This document shows, one piece after another, positions 1 to 12,452 of a stretch of 64,000 bases of DNA; positions within the stretch are counted from its first letter, which is position 1; each line of letters opens with the position of its first letter. Source of the stretch: Mobula hypostoma (lineage: Eukaryota); assembly GCF_963921235.1 (NCBI RefSeq), contig NC_086109.1:7442001-7506000 (forward strand). The letters run 5' to 3'. A program made the translations under genes and the position numbers. The notes below the pieces were generated by a model. It worked only from the letters and a program-made list of their open reading frames with translations, did no database searches and was not told where the DNA came from.

Positions 1-312
1 CAGCACTACCAGCCCCTCCACCTATCTTTATATCATCAGCAAACTTAGCCACAAAGCCATCTATTCCATAATCCAAATCGTTAATGTACAATGTTAAAAG
101 AAGCAGCCCCAACACGGGCCCCTGTGGAACACCACTGGTAACCGGCAGCCAACCAGAATAGGATCCCTTTATTCCCACTCTCTGTTTCCTGCCAATCAGC
201 CAACGCTCTATCCACGTATGTAACGTTCCCGTAACTCCATGGGCTCTTATCTTGTTAAGTAGCCTCATGTGTGGCACCTTGTCAAAGGCCTTTTGAAAAT
301 CCAAATATACAG
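1..312 (-). mobile_element. CR1 LINE reverse transcriptase fragment, cut by the window edge
   Basis: Minus strand translates to VYLDFQKAFDKVPHMRLLNKIRAHG...GVPQGPVLG...YINDLD...VAKFADD with a frameshift; homologous to the CR1 ORF2 at 32416-34872. Confidence 0.9.
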
Positions 313-629
313 TTTTTTCACTGATTCTGTTATGGTTACTGTTTGATAGATTTATTGAGTATGCCCATGAGAAAATGAATCTCAGTGTTGTATATGGTGA
401 CTTATATGTACTTTGATAATTAAACGTGTTGTACCTTGGATCTTGATGCTCTGGATGCAAAAAGGTAACTCTTCGATTAGTGTTTCACCCAATCAAAACT
501 CACTGAGAAGTATTTGCTCCAAATGCAGAAACTGATATTTATAGCCCTCCCAGTAATAGAACAACAGCCTGCTGATGGGTTCCAGACTATGTACATTTCT
601 TCAAGACAAAGGGGTGGAAGAAATCGTGA

Positions 630-850
630 CTGCAGCTCCACTTTCTTAGAAGTTCAAGGAAATTTGGCATTTTGTTGCAGACTCTGTCAAAGTTCGACAG
701 ATATTGTGTGGAAAGCATTCTGACAGGTTGCATTATGACCGTATATGGGAACTCCAGTGCACTGAAATGCAAGAGGCTACTGGTGAAGGGCAGCCAGTTC
801 CATCACGGGTACAGCTCACCCCACCAGCGAGGACCTCGACAAGGGGTATC
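630..850 (+). mobile_element. Rex/Babar-type LINE C-terminal fragment
   Basis: QLHFLRSSRKFGILLQTLSKFDRYCVESILTGCIMTVYGN matches the LYFLRRLR...[20 protein letters not shown] motif of better-preserved copies at 47744-48300 and 49086-49484. Confidence 0.75.
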
Positions 851-857
851 TGAGTAG

Positions 858-1003
858 CCAGGGCATCAAAGGTTATGGTGAGAAGGCGGGGGAGTGGGAC
901 TAAATGGGAGAATGGATCAGCTCATGATAAAATGGCGGAGCAGACTCGATGGGCCGAATGGCCGACTTCTGCTCCTTTGTCTTATGGTCTTATTGTCTTA
1001 TGG
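858..1003 (+). mobile_element. CR1 LINE 3' tail
   Basis: ggagcagactcgatgggccgaatggccgacttctgctcc 3' hairpin followed by (tcttatgg)n-like repeats; the same tail recurs at 17800, 29465 and 54525. Confidence 0.85.
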
Positions 1004-1004
1004 G

Positions 1005-1172
1005 TAAACAGAAGAGATTCTGCAGGTGCTGGAAATCCGCAACAACAAGCACAGAATGCTGGAGGAACTCAGCAGGTCAGGCAGCATCTATAAACAGCTG
1101 ATGTTTCAGCCGAGACCCTTCAAGGCTCTCATGGATACAGCCCTGCTGAGTTCCTCCAGCATTTTGTGGGTG
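1005..1172. mobile_element. Short fold-back Penelope-derived element
   Basis: aatgctggaggaactcagcag ... ctgctgagttcctccagcatt inverted arms; the same sequence is attached to GIY-YIG coding remnants at 30156-30723, 35808-36324 and 55868-56275. Confidence 0.75.
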
Positions 1173-1984
1173 TTGATCTACAAGAGTTGGTGCCTCAGGA
1201 AGATGAACTGCGATCACTCAAGCCATGCCCTCTGCTTGATCCTGCCATCAGGCAAGAGGTACAGGAGCCGTAACCAATTTCCCCCAGGATCACTAAAGCA
1301 TGACTATGACTATGACTTAAGACCCACACCTCAAGGTCCAACAACAGCTTCTTCCCCACTGCCAGCAGGTTCTGAAAATCCCTAGTTCCATGTCGTACTG
1401 CATTTCCCTCAACTCGGACTAATATTGCTATGTTTTGTTTTGTTTATTCTGTTGTGTCAATGATGTATAATTTATGTTAATTTAGGTTTCTGTTATGTTT
1501 GTCATGTCTGTAATGTACCAAGCAGATGCTGCGAATACTAACATTCATGGCATTTATACTAAGGGTTCAATAGGCCTGAATTTGACCTTGGAAATTCCTT
1601 TGTGTGTGAAGATCAGGAGACCTGGGAGAACCTCCTCCTCGCCACAGTGGTCATGGGGCATTCACCCGACTGTCCGAGGCTGCCGGTTCACTCCCAGCGG
1701 TGTAGCTCCAGGCTGAGATCAGCCGGGGATTATGCACTCATTTTGTAGTCTGCAACTGTCTTTTTTCCCGTTCACAGAACCTGGAACTTGTCAAGAAGAA
1801 ACATTAACGAGAAAACTGTGTGGGTGTTAATCTTGGTTATATAACACAGCGCCACTAGATCACAACAGTCAAATCAGTTTGTCCAGGAGTTACTTTGACT
1901 GAAATGAAAAGAGCACTAGGACTGCCAGAAATAACTTCACTGAGGAAAAAGTGAAGATTTAGGGTCTAATTTTACTACGTGAGG

Positions 1985-2545
1985 GGTGTACCAGGGTTGG
2001 AACCATGGTTTGCCAATGGGGAGCACTGTACCGGGGTTTGCCAATGGGGAGCAGTGTACCAGGGCTGGGACCAGGGTTTGCCAATGGGGAGCAGTGTACC
2101 AGGGCTGGGACCAGGGTTTGCCAATGGGGAGCAGTGTACCAGGGCTGGGACCAGGGTTTGCCAATGGGGAGCAGTGTACCAGGGCTGGGACCAGGGTTTG
2201 CCAATGGGGAGCAGTGTACCAGGGCTGGGACCAGGGTTTGCCAATGGGGAGCAGTGTACCAGGGCTGGGACCAGGGTTTGCCAATGGGGAGCAGTGTACC
2301 AGGGCTGGGACCAGGGTTTGCCAATGGGGAGCAGTGTACCAGGGCTGGGACCAGGGTTTGCCAATGGGGAGCAGTGTACCAGGGCTGGGACCAGGGTTTG
2401 CCAATGGGGAGCAGTGTACCAGGGCTGGGACCAGGGTTTGCCAATGGGGAGCAATGTACCAGGGCTGGGCCCATGGTGTGACAATGGAGAGTGTGTACCA
2501 GGGTTTGCCGATGGGGAGCAGTGTACTTGGTCTGATACACAAGGT
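1985..2545. repeat. 40-bp G-rich minisatellite, 10 identical units plus degenerate flanking units
   Basis: Unit ccaatggggagcagtgtaccagggctgggaccagggtttg repeats exactly from 2041 to 2440. Confidence 0.97.
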
Positions 2546-3254
2546 TTAACACTAACAAATGAATTCAAAACCTGCTATACTAAAAATGACTGAAATTCCA
2601 CTGAAGATGTACAGACTAACAGTTAATTATACAAACTTACAGTATGTCAAGCACAAAAAACCTAAACTACAAGAAAAATTACACTTTAGACCCAAATCCT
2701 ACACACAGAAATGTTTTTTTTCATGCAGTATATCAAAATCAACTTTATTCATAATAAAAACTACAGGAATAAACTATGTCATCTCTTTCTTCTTTCCATT
2801 CATAGTGAATGCATTACATTACATTTATTACATTTTTTAAAAGCTATAGGACTCTCACGTCGCTGTCGGGAGTGGTATACTACTGCAGTAATTGAGGGCT
2901 GAAGGAGGATCTTAAATAAAGTGTGGTTCTGTGGGGCGGGGTGGGGGGAGGATTTCCTCATGTCCACGATGTGCGCAACTTCAGGTATGTACCGTAGGAT
3001 TCTAATTCACACTGACTTTGTGATTATTTTCACACATGACACTACTCAGAGGCAAATGGCAATTAATTAAGAGGCTTGTAACAGAATTCAACATGTTTTA
3101 ATAAAGCGGTAAATAATACGTGTTTCTTTGTATTTACTGTGAATGCCCACAAGAAAATGGATCTCTGGGTTATATATGGAGACACAAATAAATTTACTTT
3201 GAACTTTGAGGTAAATAAGGCACAACCACATCTTGGGGATGAGGGAGGGAATGG

Positions 3255-3365
3255 GGCACCCAGAGGAAACCCATAAGGACGACGTACAAACTCCTTACAG
3301 ACAGCGGCAGGAATTGAACCTGAGTTGGTGGCGCTGTAAAGCGTTATGCTAATGCTATGCAACCC
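3255..3365 (-). mobile_element. V-SINE (HE1-like) 5' fragment
   Basis: Reverse strand reads caggttcaattcctgccgctgtctgtaaggagtttgtacgt...tgggtttcctctgggtgc: tRNA B-box followed by the V-domain. Confidence 0.75.
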
Positions 3366-3431
3366 CCGAGGGCCGGTTTTCCCGGGAATATTTCCTTTTT
3401 GTAAATGGAGAGAAGGTTCTACAGTATTTCG

Positions 3432-4020
3432 TAAACACAAGATGCTGGAAATCCAGAGCAACGCGCACAAAATCCTGGAGGTACTCAGCAGGTCGGGTAG
3501 CGTCTATGGAGGGGAATAAACAGTCGATATTTTGGGCTGAGACCCTTTATCAGGATCTAATGAAGGGTCTTGGCCCAAAACATTCAATGTTCAAAGTAAA
3601 TTTATTATTGAAGTATGTATATGTCACCCTATAGTACTCTGAGATTCATTTTCTTGAGGAGATTCACGGTGAATATAAAGGATCAATGAAAAATTTCACA
3701 CAAAGACGGGTCAAACAGCCAGTGTGCAAAAGACAACAATTATGCAAATACAAAAAAAAGTAAAAGCAAAATAATAACAATAGTACTGAATATGTAATAA
3801 ATATTGAGGAGTTGTAGAGTCCATGAAAGTGAGTCTGTAGGTTGTGGAGTCAGTTCAGAGTTGAGGTGAGTGAAGTTATCCGTGTCAGTGCAGGAGCCTG
3901 ATGGTTGAGAGGTAATAACTGTCCCTGAAGCACATCAATTGTTTACTCTTTTCCATAGATGCTGCCTGACCTGCTGAGTTCCTCCAGGACTTTGTCTGTG
4001 TTTCTCAGTGCTGCAGATTT
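3432..4020. mobile_element. Fold-back Penelope-derived element interrupted by a Rex-type LINE 3' tail (3584-3930, minus)
   Basis: Arms meet at ~3555 (gaccctttatcaggatctaatgaagggtc); the right arm resumes at ~3932 after the inserted tail, with acat on both sides. Confidence 0.8.
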
Positions 4021-4399
4021 ATCCATTCGTTCAATATTACAGCTGTTGGTAATCCTGTTGGGATGTATTTATCAGGACACATCCCAGGAAAGCAAAGCCA
4101 CAGTTAGATTAGTTACACAGAGTTGGTTAGAGCCCTGGCAGGAGTGATTTCCATATGTTCCTTACAGATTGCCTTCATACCCCTTAATAAAATATGACAG
4201 AATGCGATACTATATTTTAAATTCTGGAACTGCAGAAATAGTTTCCATAGCTGCTGTGTAGAACATGATGAATTATCACCCTCAAGGAGCAGAAATTTAT
4301 TTCCTGAATATAAATAGAAAGCTAGGGAATCAAAGCTGGTCTTGAGTTGGAATTGAACAGCAGAATTAGTTTCGGTGTGAAGTATTCGGTGTTGCAAGG

Positions 4400-4752
4400 G
4401 TATATCTATGCCCTCTAGTTTTGGGTCCCCTACCTTGCAGGTCACCCTTGGGCAAGGTGTAGCACCTGCTTAGCCCCCCGATCAGGGTCACGTGAAGCTA
4501 TGGGAGCAGGTGGTGGATGGTGGTATGAGCAGCTGGTGCATATCACAATTCCTGGTTATGTGACCACTGACACCAGGCAGACAATCTCTGAAGAGTAGCG
4601 ATAATGGCTGGGGTTACCTGTCTTGTGAAAACACTGCCCAGAAGAAGGCAATGGCAAACCTCTTCTGGAGAAAAATTTGCCAAGAGCAATCATGGCCGTG
4701 GAAAGACTATGATCACCCATGTCATATGACATGGCACATAACGAACGAAAGA
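4400..4752 (+). mobile_element. Non-coding RTE-related retroposon, family A
   Basis: Contains gaagaaggcaatggcaaacc (BovB/RTE-type motif) and a simple-repeat tail aacgaacgaa; homologous copies at 41295-42520 and 53340-53720. Confidence 0.65.
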
Positions 4753-4769
4753 ACCTTGAGGCAAAGATT

Positions 4770-6310
4770 TTTACTATTTACCCTATCTATGTTCTTTATG
4801 GTTTGATACATCTCTATATGTTCACCCCTCAGCCTCCTATGCTCTAGACAGAACAGTTCCAACAATGCAACCTCCCCTTCGAACACAGACCACTATGGGT
4901 CCAGAATCATCCTCGCAAATATTTCCATTATCCTTTCCAATACTCCCAAAGTATGAAACCCCAAGTGAATTTATTATCAAAGTGAGTATAAGCCACCATA
5001 CCTTGAGATTCATCTTCTTGCAGGCAGTTACAGGAAAATTAAGAAATACGATAGAATTTATGAAAATCTATACATGAACAAAGACTGATAAATAAACAAT
5101 GTGAAAAAGACGACAAATTGTGCAAATAAATAAAGAAATAATACTGAGAACATGAGTTGTAGAGTCCTTGAAAGTGAGATTGTAGGTTGTGGAGTCAGTT
5201 CAGGGTTGAGGTGAGAGAAGTCATCCACACTGGGTTCAGGAGCCTGATGGTTGAGGGGTAACGTGGTCTCACCAATCACGTCTGCAACTGCGTCATGATG
5301 TCCCAGCTTCTGTACTCAGTGCCTGACCGACGAATTCAAGTGTGGCACGCATACACCTTCTTCATCATCCTGTCTACACGGGTCTCCACTTTCAGGGAAC
5401 TATCCACCTCCACCCTGAAGACCACAAGACACAGGAGCAGGAGCAGGCCATTCAGCCCATCGAGTCTGCTCTGCTATTCCATCATGGCCAATCCATTTCC
5501 CTTTCATCCCCAATCTCCTGCCTTCTCCCTGTAACATTTTAAACCCAGATTTTTCAAGAATCTATCAACCTCCACCTTAAATACACTTGATTTCCACAGC
5601 CTCCTGTGGCAACAAAGTCCACAGATTCACCACATCCTCCTGAGGTTCTGCTCTCTGGTCCGAGATTCACTCACTATAGGAACCATCCTCTCCACATCCA
5701 CTCTGTTGAGGCTTTTCAACATTCAATAGGTTTCAGTGAGATCCCCCCTCATTCTTCTAAATTCCAGCAAGCACAGAGCCATCAAACACTCCTACCCATA
5801 GGTCTCTATGTTCCACATCACTCTTCAAGGCCCTCCCACTTACTGTGTCAGTCCTACCCTGGTCTAGTTCACTGAGATGCAACACCCTGCATTTATGGGT
5901 TTAAACTCCATCTGCCGTTCCTTGGCCCACTTTCCCAGTTCATCTGGAAGCCGCTGTTGAAATGTGTAAAAGATTGGGACATGCCCAGAAAAGAGAAAAA
6001 AAATACTCAAACCATTTCACACTTATGGCAGAATTAGCCAGAAAGGGTGTCACATATAATATGGAGGGAAGGGGGGGGGGGATATCTGAGGCAAGTTTTT
6101 ACACAGAAAGTGGTGGGTGCGTGGAATGCCCTGCTAGGGGTACTGGTAGAGGCAGGTACATTAGGGACCTTTAAGAGACTCTGAGATGGACAATGGATGA
6201 AAGAAAAATGGAGAGCTATGTGGGAGACAAACGTTAGATTGATCTCAGAGTAGGTTAAAAGTTGGCACGACATCACGGGCTGAAGGGATTTACTGTGCTG
6301 TAGTGCTCTC
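4770..6310. mobile_element. Mosaic of old CR1 and Rex-type LINE fragments
   Basis: Rex tail (-) ~4955-5260; CR1 3' end (-) ~5422-5790; CR1 3' end (+) ~6050-6310 (tttttacacagaaagtggtgggtgcgtggaatgccctgc). Confidence 0.7.
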
Positions 6311-6319
6311 TGCTTTTAT

Positions 6320-6590
6320 TTTTATTTATTTATTGGGATGCTGTGGGTATTAGGCCCTTCCGACCCTTCAATTTGCACCACCCAGTGATCCTCCAATGTA
6401 ACCCTACCCTAATCACAGGACAATTTACAAAGTGTTACCATCCTTGGACTGTGGGAGGAAACCAGAGCACCCAGCGGAAACCCACACAATCATGGAGAGA
6501 ACGTACAAACTCCTTACAGGCAACGACGGGAATTGAACCCGGGTCACTGGCACCGTGAAGCATTGAGCTACCCACTACGCTCCCTTGACG
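6320..6590 (-). mobile_element. V-SINE (HE1-like)
   Basis: Reverse strand: gacccgggttcaattcccgtcgttgcctgtaaggagtttgtacgttctctcc...ctctggtttcctcccacagtccaagg, ending in a CR1-like tail. Confidence 0.85.
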
Positions 6591-6596
6591 TCTTAT

Positions 6597-6945
6597 AAGA
6601 ACATAAGAAATAGGAAATAGGAGCAGGAGTAGGCCATCCGGCCCATCGAGCCTTCCCCACCATTCAATAAGATCATGGCTGATCTGTCTGTAAACACAGC
6701 TCCATCTGCCTGCCTTTTCCCCATAACCCTTAATTCCCCTACTATGTAAAAATCTATCTAACTGTACCTTAAGTATATTTAGTGAAGAAGCCTCAACTGC
6801 TTCCCTGGGCAAAGAATTCCACAGATTCACCACTCTCTGGGAAAAACAATTTCTCCTCATCTTCATCCTAAATCTTCTCCCCTGAACCTTGAGGCAATGC
6901 CCTCTAGTTCTAGTCTCACCTACCAATGGAAACAACTTTCCTATT
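6597..6945 (-). mobile_element. CR1 LINE 3' end, well preserved
   Basis: FPLVGETRTRGHCLKVQGRRFRMKMRRNCFSQRVVNLWNSLP...LDRFL...GIKGYGEKAG (CR1 ORF2 C-terminus), then the 3' hairpin and a (ttcttatg) tail. Confidence 0.92.
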
Positions 6946-7344
6946 TCTAGTATAGTCCCAGGCGACTCAATCTCTCCTCATAGGTTAACCCCTTATGTTC
7001 TATGCTCTATTTTCTAAGACTGGGGCATACCCAGTGGAGGAAATTCCCAATCAACTACAGTTATGGCTGAAATGGCCAGTCTTAGTACAGACAGGAGAAC
7101 TGTGTTGGAGAATTCAGTAATGAGCGCGGAAGGTTGCAATGTTTGTATGTTTGGCCCACATATGAGTCATGTCTATTCTTTTCTAGAGATGCTGCTTTGT
7201 TTAACACAATCTCCTGTGGGTGTTAATTTGAGCCTCTGGTACAGAGTCTGCATTGAAGAGGCTGGTGGAAGATCTGTCCCTCTGTAATAGGCAGACCGTC
7301 AGGGTGAGGACAATTTGGTTCCACTCCAGTTCTGTGGGTTCTCT

Positions 7345-8100
7345 CTACTTCCCCCTCCCATAGGGCAGGCGATACAAGAGCCTGAAAGCATGATCTACCA
7401 GCCTCAGGGACTGCTGTTATGAGACTATTGATGGTCCTCAGACTCTTAACCTCTCAATCTGTCTTGTTACGCATTCTAACTGGCTGCATCACCATCTAAC
7501 ATGGTGGGAGGTGCTACCACCAACCCTGCACAGGATTGAAAGAAGCTGCAGAGACTTGTAAACTTCACTAGCCTCTGTAGTACCCAGGAGGGTATCTTCA
7601 AGGAGCGATGCCTCAAAAAGGTGGTGTACACCATTAAGGACCCCCATCACCCAGGCCATGCCCTGTTCTCATTGCTACCGTCAGGAAGGAGGTACAGAAG
7701 CCCAAAGAACACACTCAACAATTCAGAACAGATTCTTCCCCTTTGCCATCCAATGGACGTTGAACACCACCTCACACAAAATGCTGGAGGAACTCAGCAG
7801 GTCAGGTAGCATCTATGGAAAAGAGTAAACAGTCGATGGCTTGGGCCGAGACCCTTCATCAGGACTGTGTGTGTTGCTTGGATTTCCAGCTTTTGCAGAT
7901 TTTCTCTTGTTCGTGAAGACTACCCCACTACTGCCTTATTTCTATTTTTGCACTATTTATTTAATTTAAAAATGTTACCGAGCTCTATTTACTGCAATTC
8001 TCAGCTTTTTTCTATTATTATGTATTGTATTGTACTGCTGCCACAAAGACAACAAATTTCACGACATGTGCCAGTGATATTAAACCTGTTTCTGATTCTG
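7345..8100 (+). mobile_element. Rex-type LINE 3' fragments with a Penelope-derived insert (7772-7912)
   Basis: IKDPHHPGHALFSLLPSGRRYRS motif; 3' UTR tgtactgctgccacaaag...gattctga tail. Confidence 0.75.
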
Positions 8101-8789
8101 ACCTTGAACCCTATTGACTCTCCCTGTCCTGCAATTTTTCTGTACTCTGCACTCTGAAATTGTGTTACTTTGCTCTACCTCGATGAACTGTGTCATGAAC
8201 AAGACAAGTTTTTCCCTCGACCCGAGTACATGTGACAATAATAAACCAATTTTCAATTCCAACTCCAGCATGGAATATATCAATATAACCAACAGCTGAG
8301 GCGAGTTTCACAGATGCATTTAAGGAGAGGCTAAAAAAATGAAAGAGGGATAAAAGGAATAGATAAATAGGAAAGATAGGAAGACATTTGAGTGGAGCAT
8401 AAAGGTTAGCATAAAGTCGGTGGGCCAAATGGCCTTATTCTGTGGTGTCTATCCAGTGTAAGTTTATCCAAATGTATGTCTCCATATCTTTTCCATATTA
8501 AGGTGAATAGAAATGAAATGGTCTCTGTTTGATATTCTTGGTTCAAGGTTCAAAGTAAGTTTGTTATCAAAGTACGTACTGTACATGTCAACAAATTGTA
8601 TACTACCTTAAGCTTCATTTTCTTGCAGGCATTCACCATAGAACAAAGAAATGCAATAAATAAAAAAACTACTCACAAACAAAGACAGATGAACAGTCAA
8701 TGTGCGAAAGAAGCAAAATGTGTAAATACAAGATAAATCTAATAATAATAATAATATAAATAAATAATATCAAGAACATGAGCTGTAGA

Positions 8790-10993
8790 TATTGTGTATT
8801 TAATAGCAATATTTGAGTAATATTGTAAATATTGAGTAAATTGTAAATATGTTGTTTCATTAAGCATTCTTTGTTGTTTAAATAACTAATTATCAGTTAT
8901 ATGTAAAAGTATGTGAATGGCACACCTCATAATGCCACCACGTTATATGTGTATGCCTCATTAAAAATAAAAACGAAGTTTATATGCATCTCTCAGGCTT
9001 CTCTATCAATTACTTTCATGTTTTGGAGTTTCAAAATGTAACAGTGTTGATGGTTTGCTTAAACAAACCTGAGATGACTATCTACCTGTTGAAATGTTGC
9101 AAGATATCTGAGTTAAAAAAAGCACAACACGTATATCTTTGATAAGGGACGGAAAAGATCAAGCTTAAAAAAAAGGAACAAAACGGAGGAATTCATGGGT
9201 TTATAAACAGTGAGTACTGGGTGATAATAATCATAAATAAAAAATAGCAGAAATGGCCAGCTACATCAGAATGATAGATGCATTTGATTGCACAAAGGAT
9301 AACTGGCTGATGTATACTGAGCAAATTGAGCAGTATTTTAAAACAAGTGGAATAGCCGATGAGAAATGAGTGCCAGGTTCGCTGAGTGCAATTGGTGGAA
9401 GAGTATGTAGTTTGCTTAGCATTTTGATTGCTCCAACTAAACCAGCTGAAATGAACTTTGCTGATGTCACGAGCATAATGCAGTAACATTTAGAACCAAA
9501 AACGTTATTGATTGAAGAACACATCAGCGTGCTGAGAAACATCAAGCAGTGGTGGATTCCCCAAGGTCAAAAGACGTGTCACAGTTGTAGTCCCTTTTAG
9601 GATTTGTCAATCACTGTAACAGGTGCTTATCAAACCTGACTACTGTTTCTCCAACCCTTGAACTCATTACCACAGATCGGGAAGAAATGGCGATGGACCA
9701 ACCAGTGTGAGATAGTAAAGGAAATGCTGACATCAGACACAGTAGTCACACGTTATGATCCACATTGCCCTGTGAAGCTTGCCTGTGACACCTCGCCTTA
9801 TGGTATCGGTGAAGTAATGTCACATGTTATGAATGATGGGAGTGAACACCCCATAGCCCTTGCATCATGTTCCCTTACCGCTGCAGAGAAAAATTAGGCA
9901 TAGATTGACAGAGAGGCCTTGAGTCTGGTTTGCGGAGTAAAGTGTTTCAATCCGTGCTTGCATGGGAGAGAGCTCACCTTCGTTACTGACAATCAACCAC
10001 TGGTGCCCATTCTCAATCCACAGAACAGCAAGACCATGACTTCCGAGGTGGACTCCATTTCTTGAAGGACGCAATTACAAGATCAAATTCAATAAGACAA
10101 CATGAACGAACATTTTACAAAAGAGGACACTCCTTGACGTATTCTCCTTAATCATACTGAACGTCTCTTTTGTGGCAGAGATGATCTAAAGGGAAATCAG
10201 AAGAGACCCCAAACTGGCTCAGGTCTACATGGGATCACAAAATGGCTGGAATGTGCAGCAGAATTCCCATTTCCCCGATTTTTACCAGCACCGGGATGAA
10301 CTTGCCCTTGATGGAGGTTGCTTCTGTGGAGATTGAGAGTTGTTGTACCATCCAAGCTGAGAGCTAAAGCATTGGAGGGGCTACATGCCGGTCATCTAGT
10401 TGTGGTCAAAATGAAAGCGTTGGCTCGAAGCTTTGCCTGGTGGCCTGGGGTAGATCAGCAGATCGAGCAGCTTGCCATGCACTGTTCTGGATGCCAACAC
10501 ATCCAGAAGGAAGGCATTCAGAACCACCTTCTGTGGGTCCAGAGTCAACTCCTAATACCAGCACGGAGGAGCTGTAAGAGTGCCTCCACCCGCCCACCCC
10601 CTATCAGGAAAGACGTTATCCCACAAGAGCAAGAAATCCTCTACAGCAATTAAATCTTTAGCACTGAATAGGACGATTTAAAATTTACTATGCTGTGGAT
10701 GTCTGTATAGTAGTTGTATTATATAGTATGCTGTGTATATAGTTGAGATGCAATCTCTATTGAGTTGGAATTTATAGCTAAGCAGGGAGGAGTGTTGTGT
10801 ATTTAATATTTCACTAATATTGTAAATAAATTGTTTGATTAAGTATTCTTTGTTTAAATAATTCATTATGGTTGCATGTACATAGTACATCATTAGGCCA
10901 CAATGTCATAAGTGTTCACCTCACTAAAGGTAAAAAAGTTTTCCCGCTTTTTCCTTTCGATTAGTTTTATGTTTTGGAGTTACAGACGTGACA
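8790..10993 (+). mobile_element. Internally deleted Gypsy (Mag-like) LTR retrotransposon relic
   Basis: Diverged LTRs at 8790-9043 and 10793-10993 (TGTTG...ACA); PPT agcagggaggag at 10781-10792; TSD gtaga/gtaaa; gag remnant (DNWLMYTEQIEQYF), RNase H (LACDTSPYGIG...PIALASCSLTAAEKN) and integrase zinc finger (LHAGHL...WWPGVDQQIE...CSGCQ). Inserted in a Rex-type tail (8543-11205, minus). Confidence 0.9.
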
Positions 10994-11264
10994 GTAAACA
11001 TAACACTTGAAAGTGAGTCTACAGGTTGTGGAATCAGTTCTGTGCTGGTGTGAGTGAAGGCTTCAATGCTGGTTCAGGAGCCTGGTGGATGAGGAGTACT
11101 AACTGTTCCCGGACCTGGTGGTGTGGGGCCTAAGGCTCCCATACCTCCTTCTTGATGTCAGCAGCGAGAAGAAAGCATGGCCTGGATAGTGGGGGTCCTT
11201 GATGTTGGCTTGCACAGCTATCTGCAAGACTGATTTAATTTTAGTTCTGCAATACTGGTTATGT

Positions 11265-11750
11265 CAGAAGCTGCAGAAGATCGTGAACATGGTGCAGCAC
11301 ATCACACAAACCAATCTTCCGTCCTTGGACTCACTTTACACTGCATGCTGTCGGAGCAGTGCTGCCAGGATAATCAAGGACACGACCCACCCAGTCAACA
11401 CACTTTTTGTCCCTCTTCCCTCCGGGAGAAGGCTCAGGAGCTTGAAGACTCATACGGCCAGATTTGGGAACAGCTTCTTTCCAACTGTGATAAGACTGCT
11501 GAACGGATCCTGACCGGGATCTGGGCCGTACCCTCCAAATATCCGGACCTGCCTCTCGGTTTTTTTGCACTACCTTACTTTCCATTTTTCTATTTTCTAT
11601 TTATGATTTATAAATTAAATTTTTAATAGTTACTATCAATTTGTACTCCAGGGAGTGGGAAGCGCAGAATCAAATATAACTATGATGATTGTACGTTCTA
11701 GTATCAATTGTTTGGCGACAATAAGGTATAAAGTAAATATATAAAGTACT
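11265..11750 (+). mobile_element. Rex-type LINE 3' end, young family
   Basis: KLQKIVN...LPSLDSLYTA...IIKDTTHP...LPSGRRLRSLKTHTARFGNSFFPTVIRLLNGS*; highly similar copy at 52710-53300 (minus). Confidence 0.9.
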
Positions 11751-11899
11751 AAAGTAAGTATTTGTCTATCCGGTAACCTGGTTCTCCAGCGTTAACTTGC
11801 AGTTGGCATCCTTATGTTAACGACAATGTTTCCAAGATGAAGTATCTTTTGCTGTGAAAGAACATGAACCATTGCAAAATTTGAGGTGAGGACTTCCGT

Positions 11900-12452
11900 C
11901 AATCAGGTTCCACCATGGATGTTGCATCCTAGCTGCCTAGATACACAAGCCAGGGCAGTACGATATGAAGAACAAGCTGTTGCCCATGTAGCAAGCTCCC
12001 CCTCTTCACGCATCTGATGAACCCAAGAGAACGCCAGAGACCGGCACAGTCTGGCACCACCAACATCGTAGGAGTTGCCATTCAGCATTGAACTCAATGT
12101 AGGACTGCCTCTGAGAGTCCAGCTCCAGATTTTTCCCTTTTCCCTCCCGAAGCCTTCCCCATGAGTGGGTACAGCCGTAAGGCAGCCCAGGTTTGAGATC
12201 AGAGTTTTCCTTCTCCTAGATGAGCTGCCAACCATGGCTGACGAGCCCCACCTGCCCGAAACAAATAGTTTTAAGGCGCCTTTGCCCCTTCTCACATCAG
12301 TAGAAACAGTTCCACCGGGCTTAGTAGCTAAGCCACACGTGAAGGCCACGAGCTGGACATTGTCAGAGACCATTTGAGGTGCACACCATTGGGAGCATTT
12401 AATAGGTAGTGGGGGCTTTACCATCCATCGGCTATAACAACCTTAAGAAGCC
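11900..12452 (-). mobile_element. Non-coding interspersed repeat, probably RTE-related (family B)
   Basis: Colinear second copy at 16335-16872; shared blocks include gagatcagagttttccttctcctagatgagctgc and ggcttagtagctaagccac. Strand and class are inferred. Confidence 0.6.

Noticed and set aside
1985..2545. CRISPR-like appearance of regular repeats (also 36325-36769 and 43339-44985)
   Set aside because: Units are head-to-tail with no unique spacers, there are no cas genes, and the context is a vertebrate genome.
1937..2593. Six overlapping ORFs of 158-204 aa on both strands
   Set aside because: Artefact of a stop-free 40-bp tandem repeat; every frame on a strand gives the same periodic peptide.
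1590..2915. Possible host exons from splice-like signals (also near 7187-7303, 18581, 35170 and 52262)
   Set aside because: Signals occur on both strands, frames are short or contain stops, and no peptide is recognisable; indistinguishable from chance without RNA data.
12285..12360. HDV/CPEB3-like ribozyme in family B (minus strand; TTCACGT loop, CTCCTG/CAGGAG pairing in the 16720-16790 copy)
   Set aside because: P2 and P3 candidates exist but I could not place P1 or P1.1, and a competing ggcttag/ctaagcc hairpin overlaps. Worth retesting only on a family consensus.
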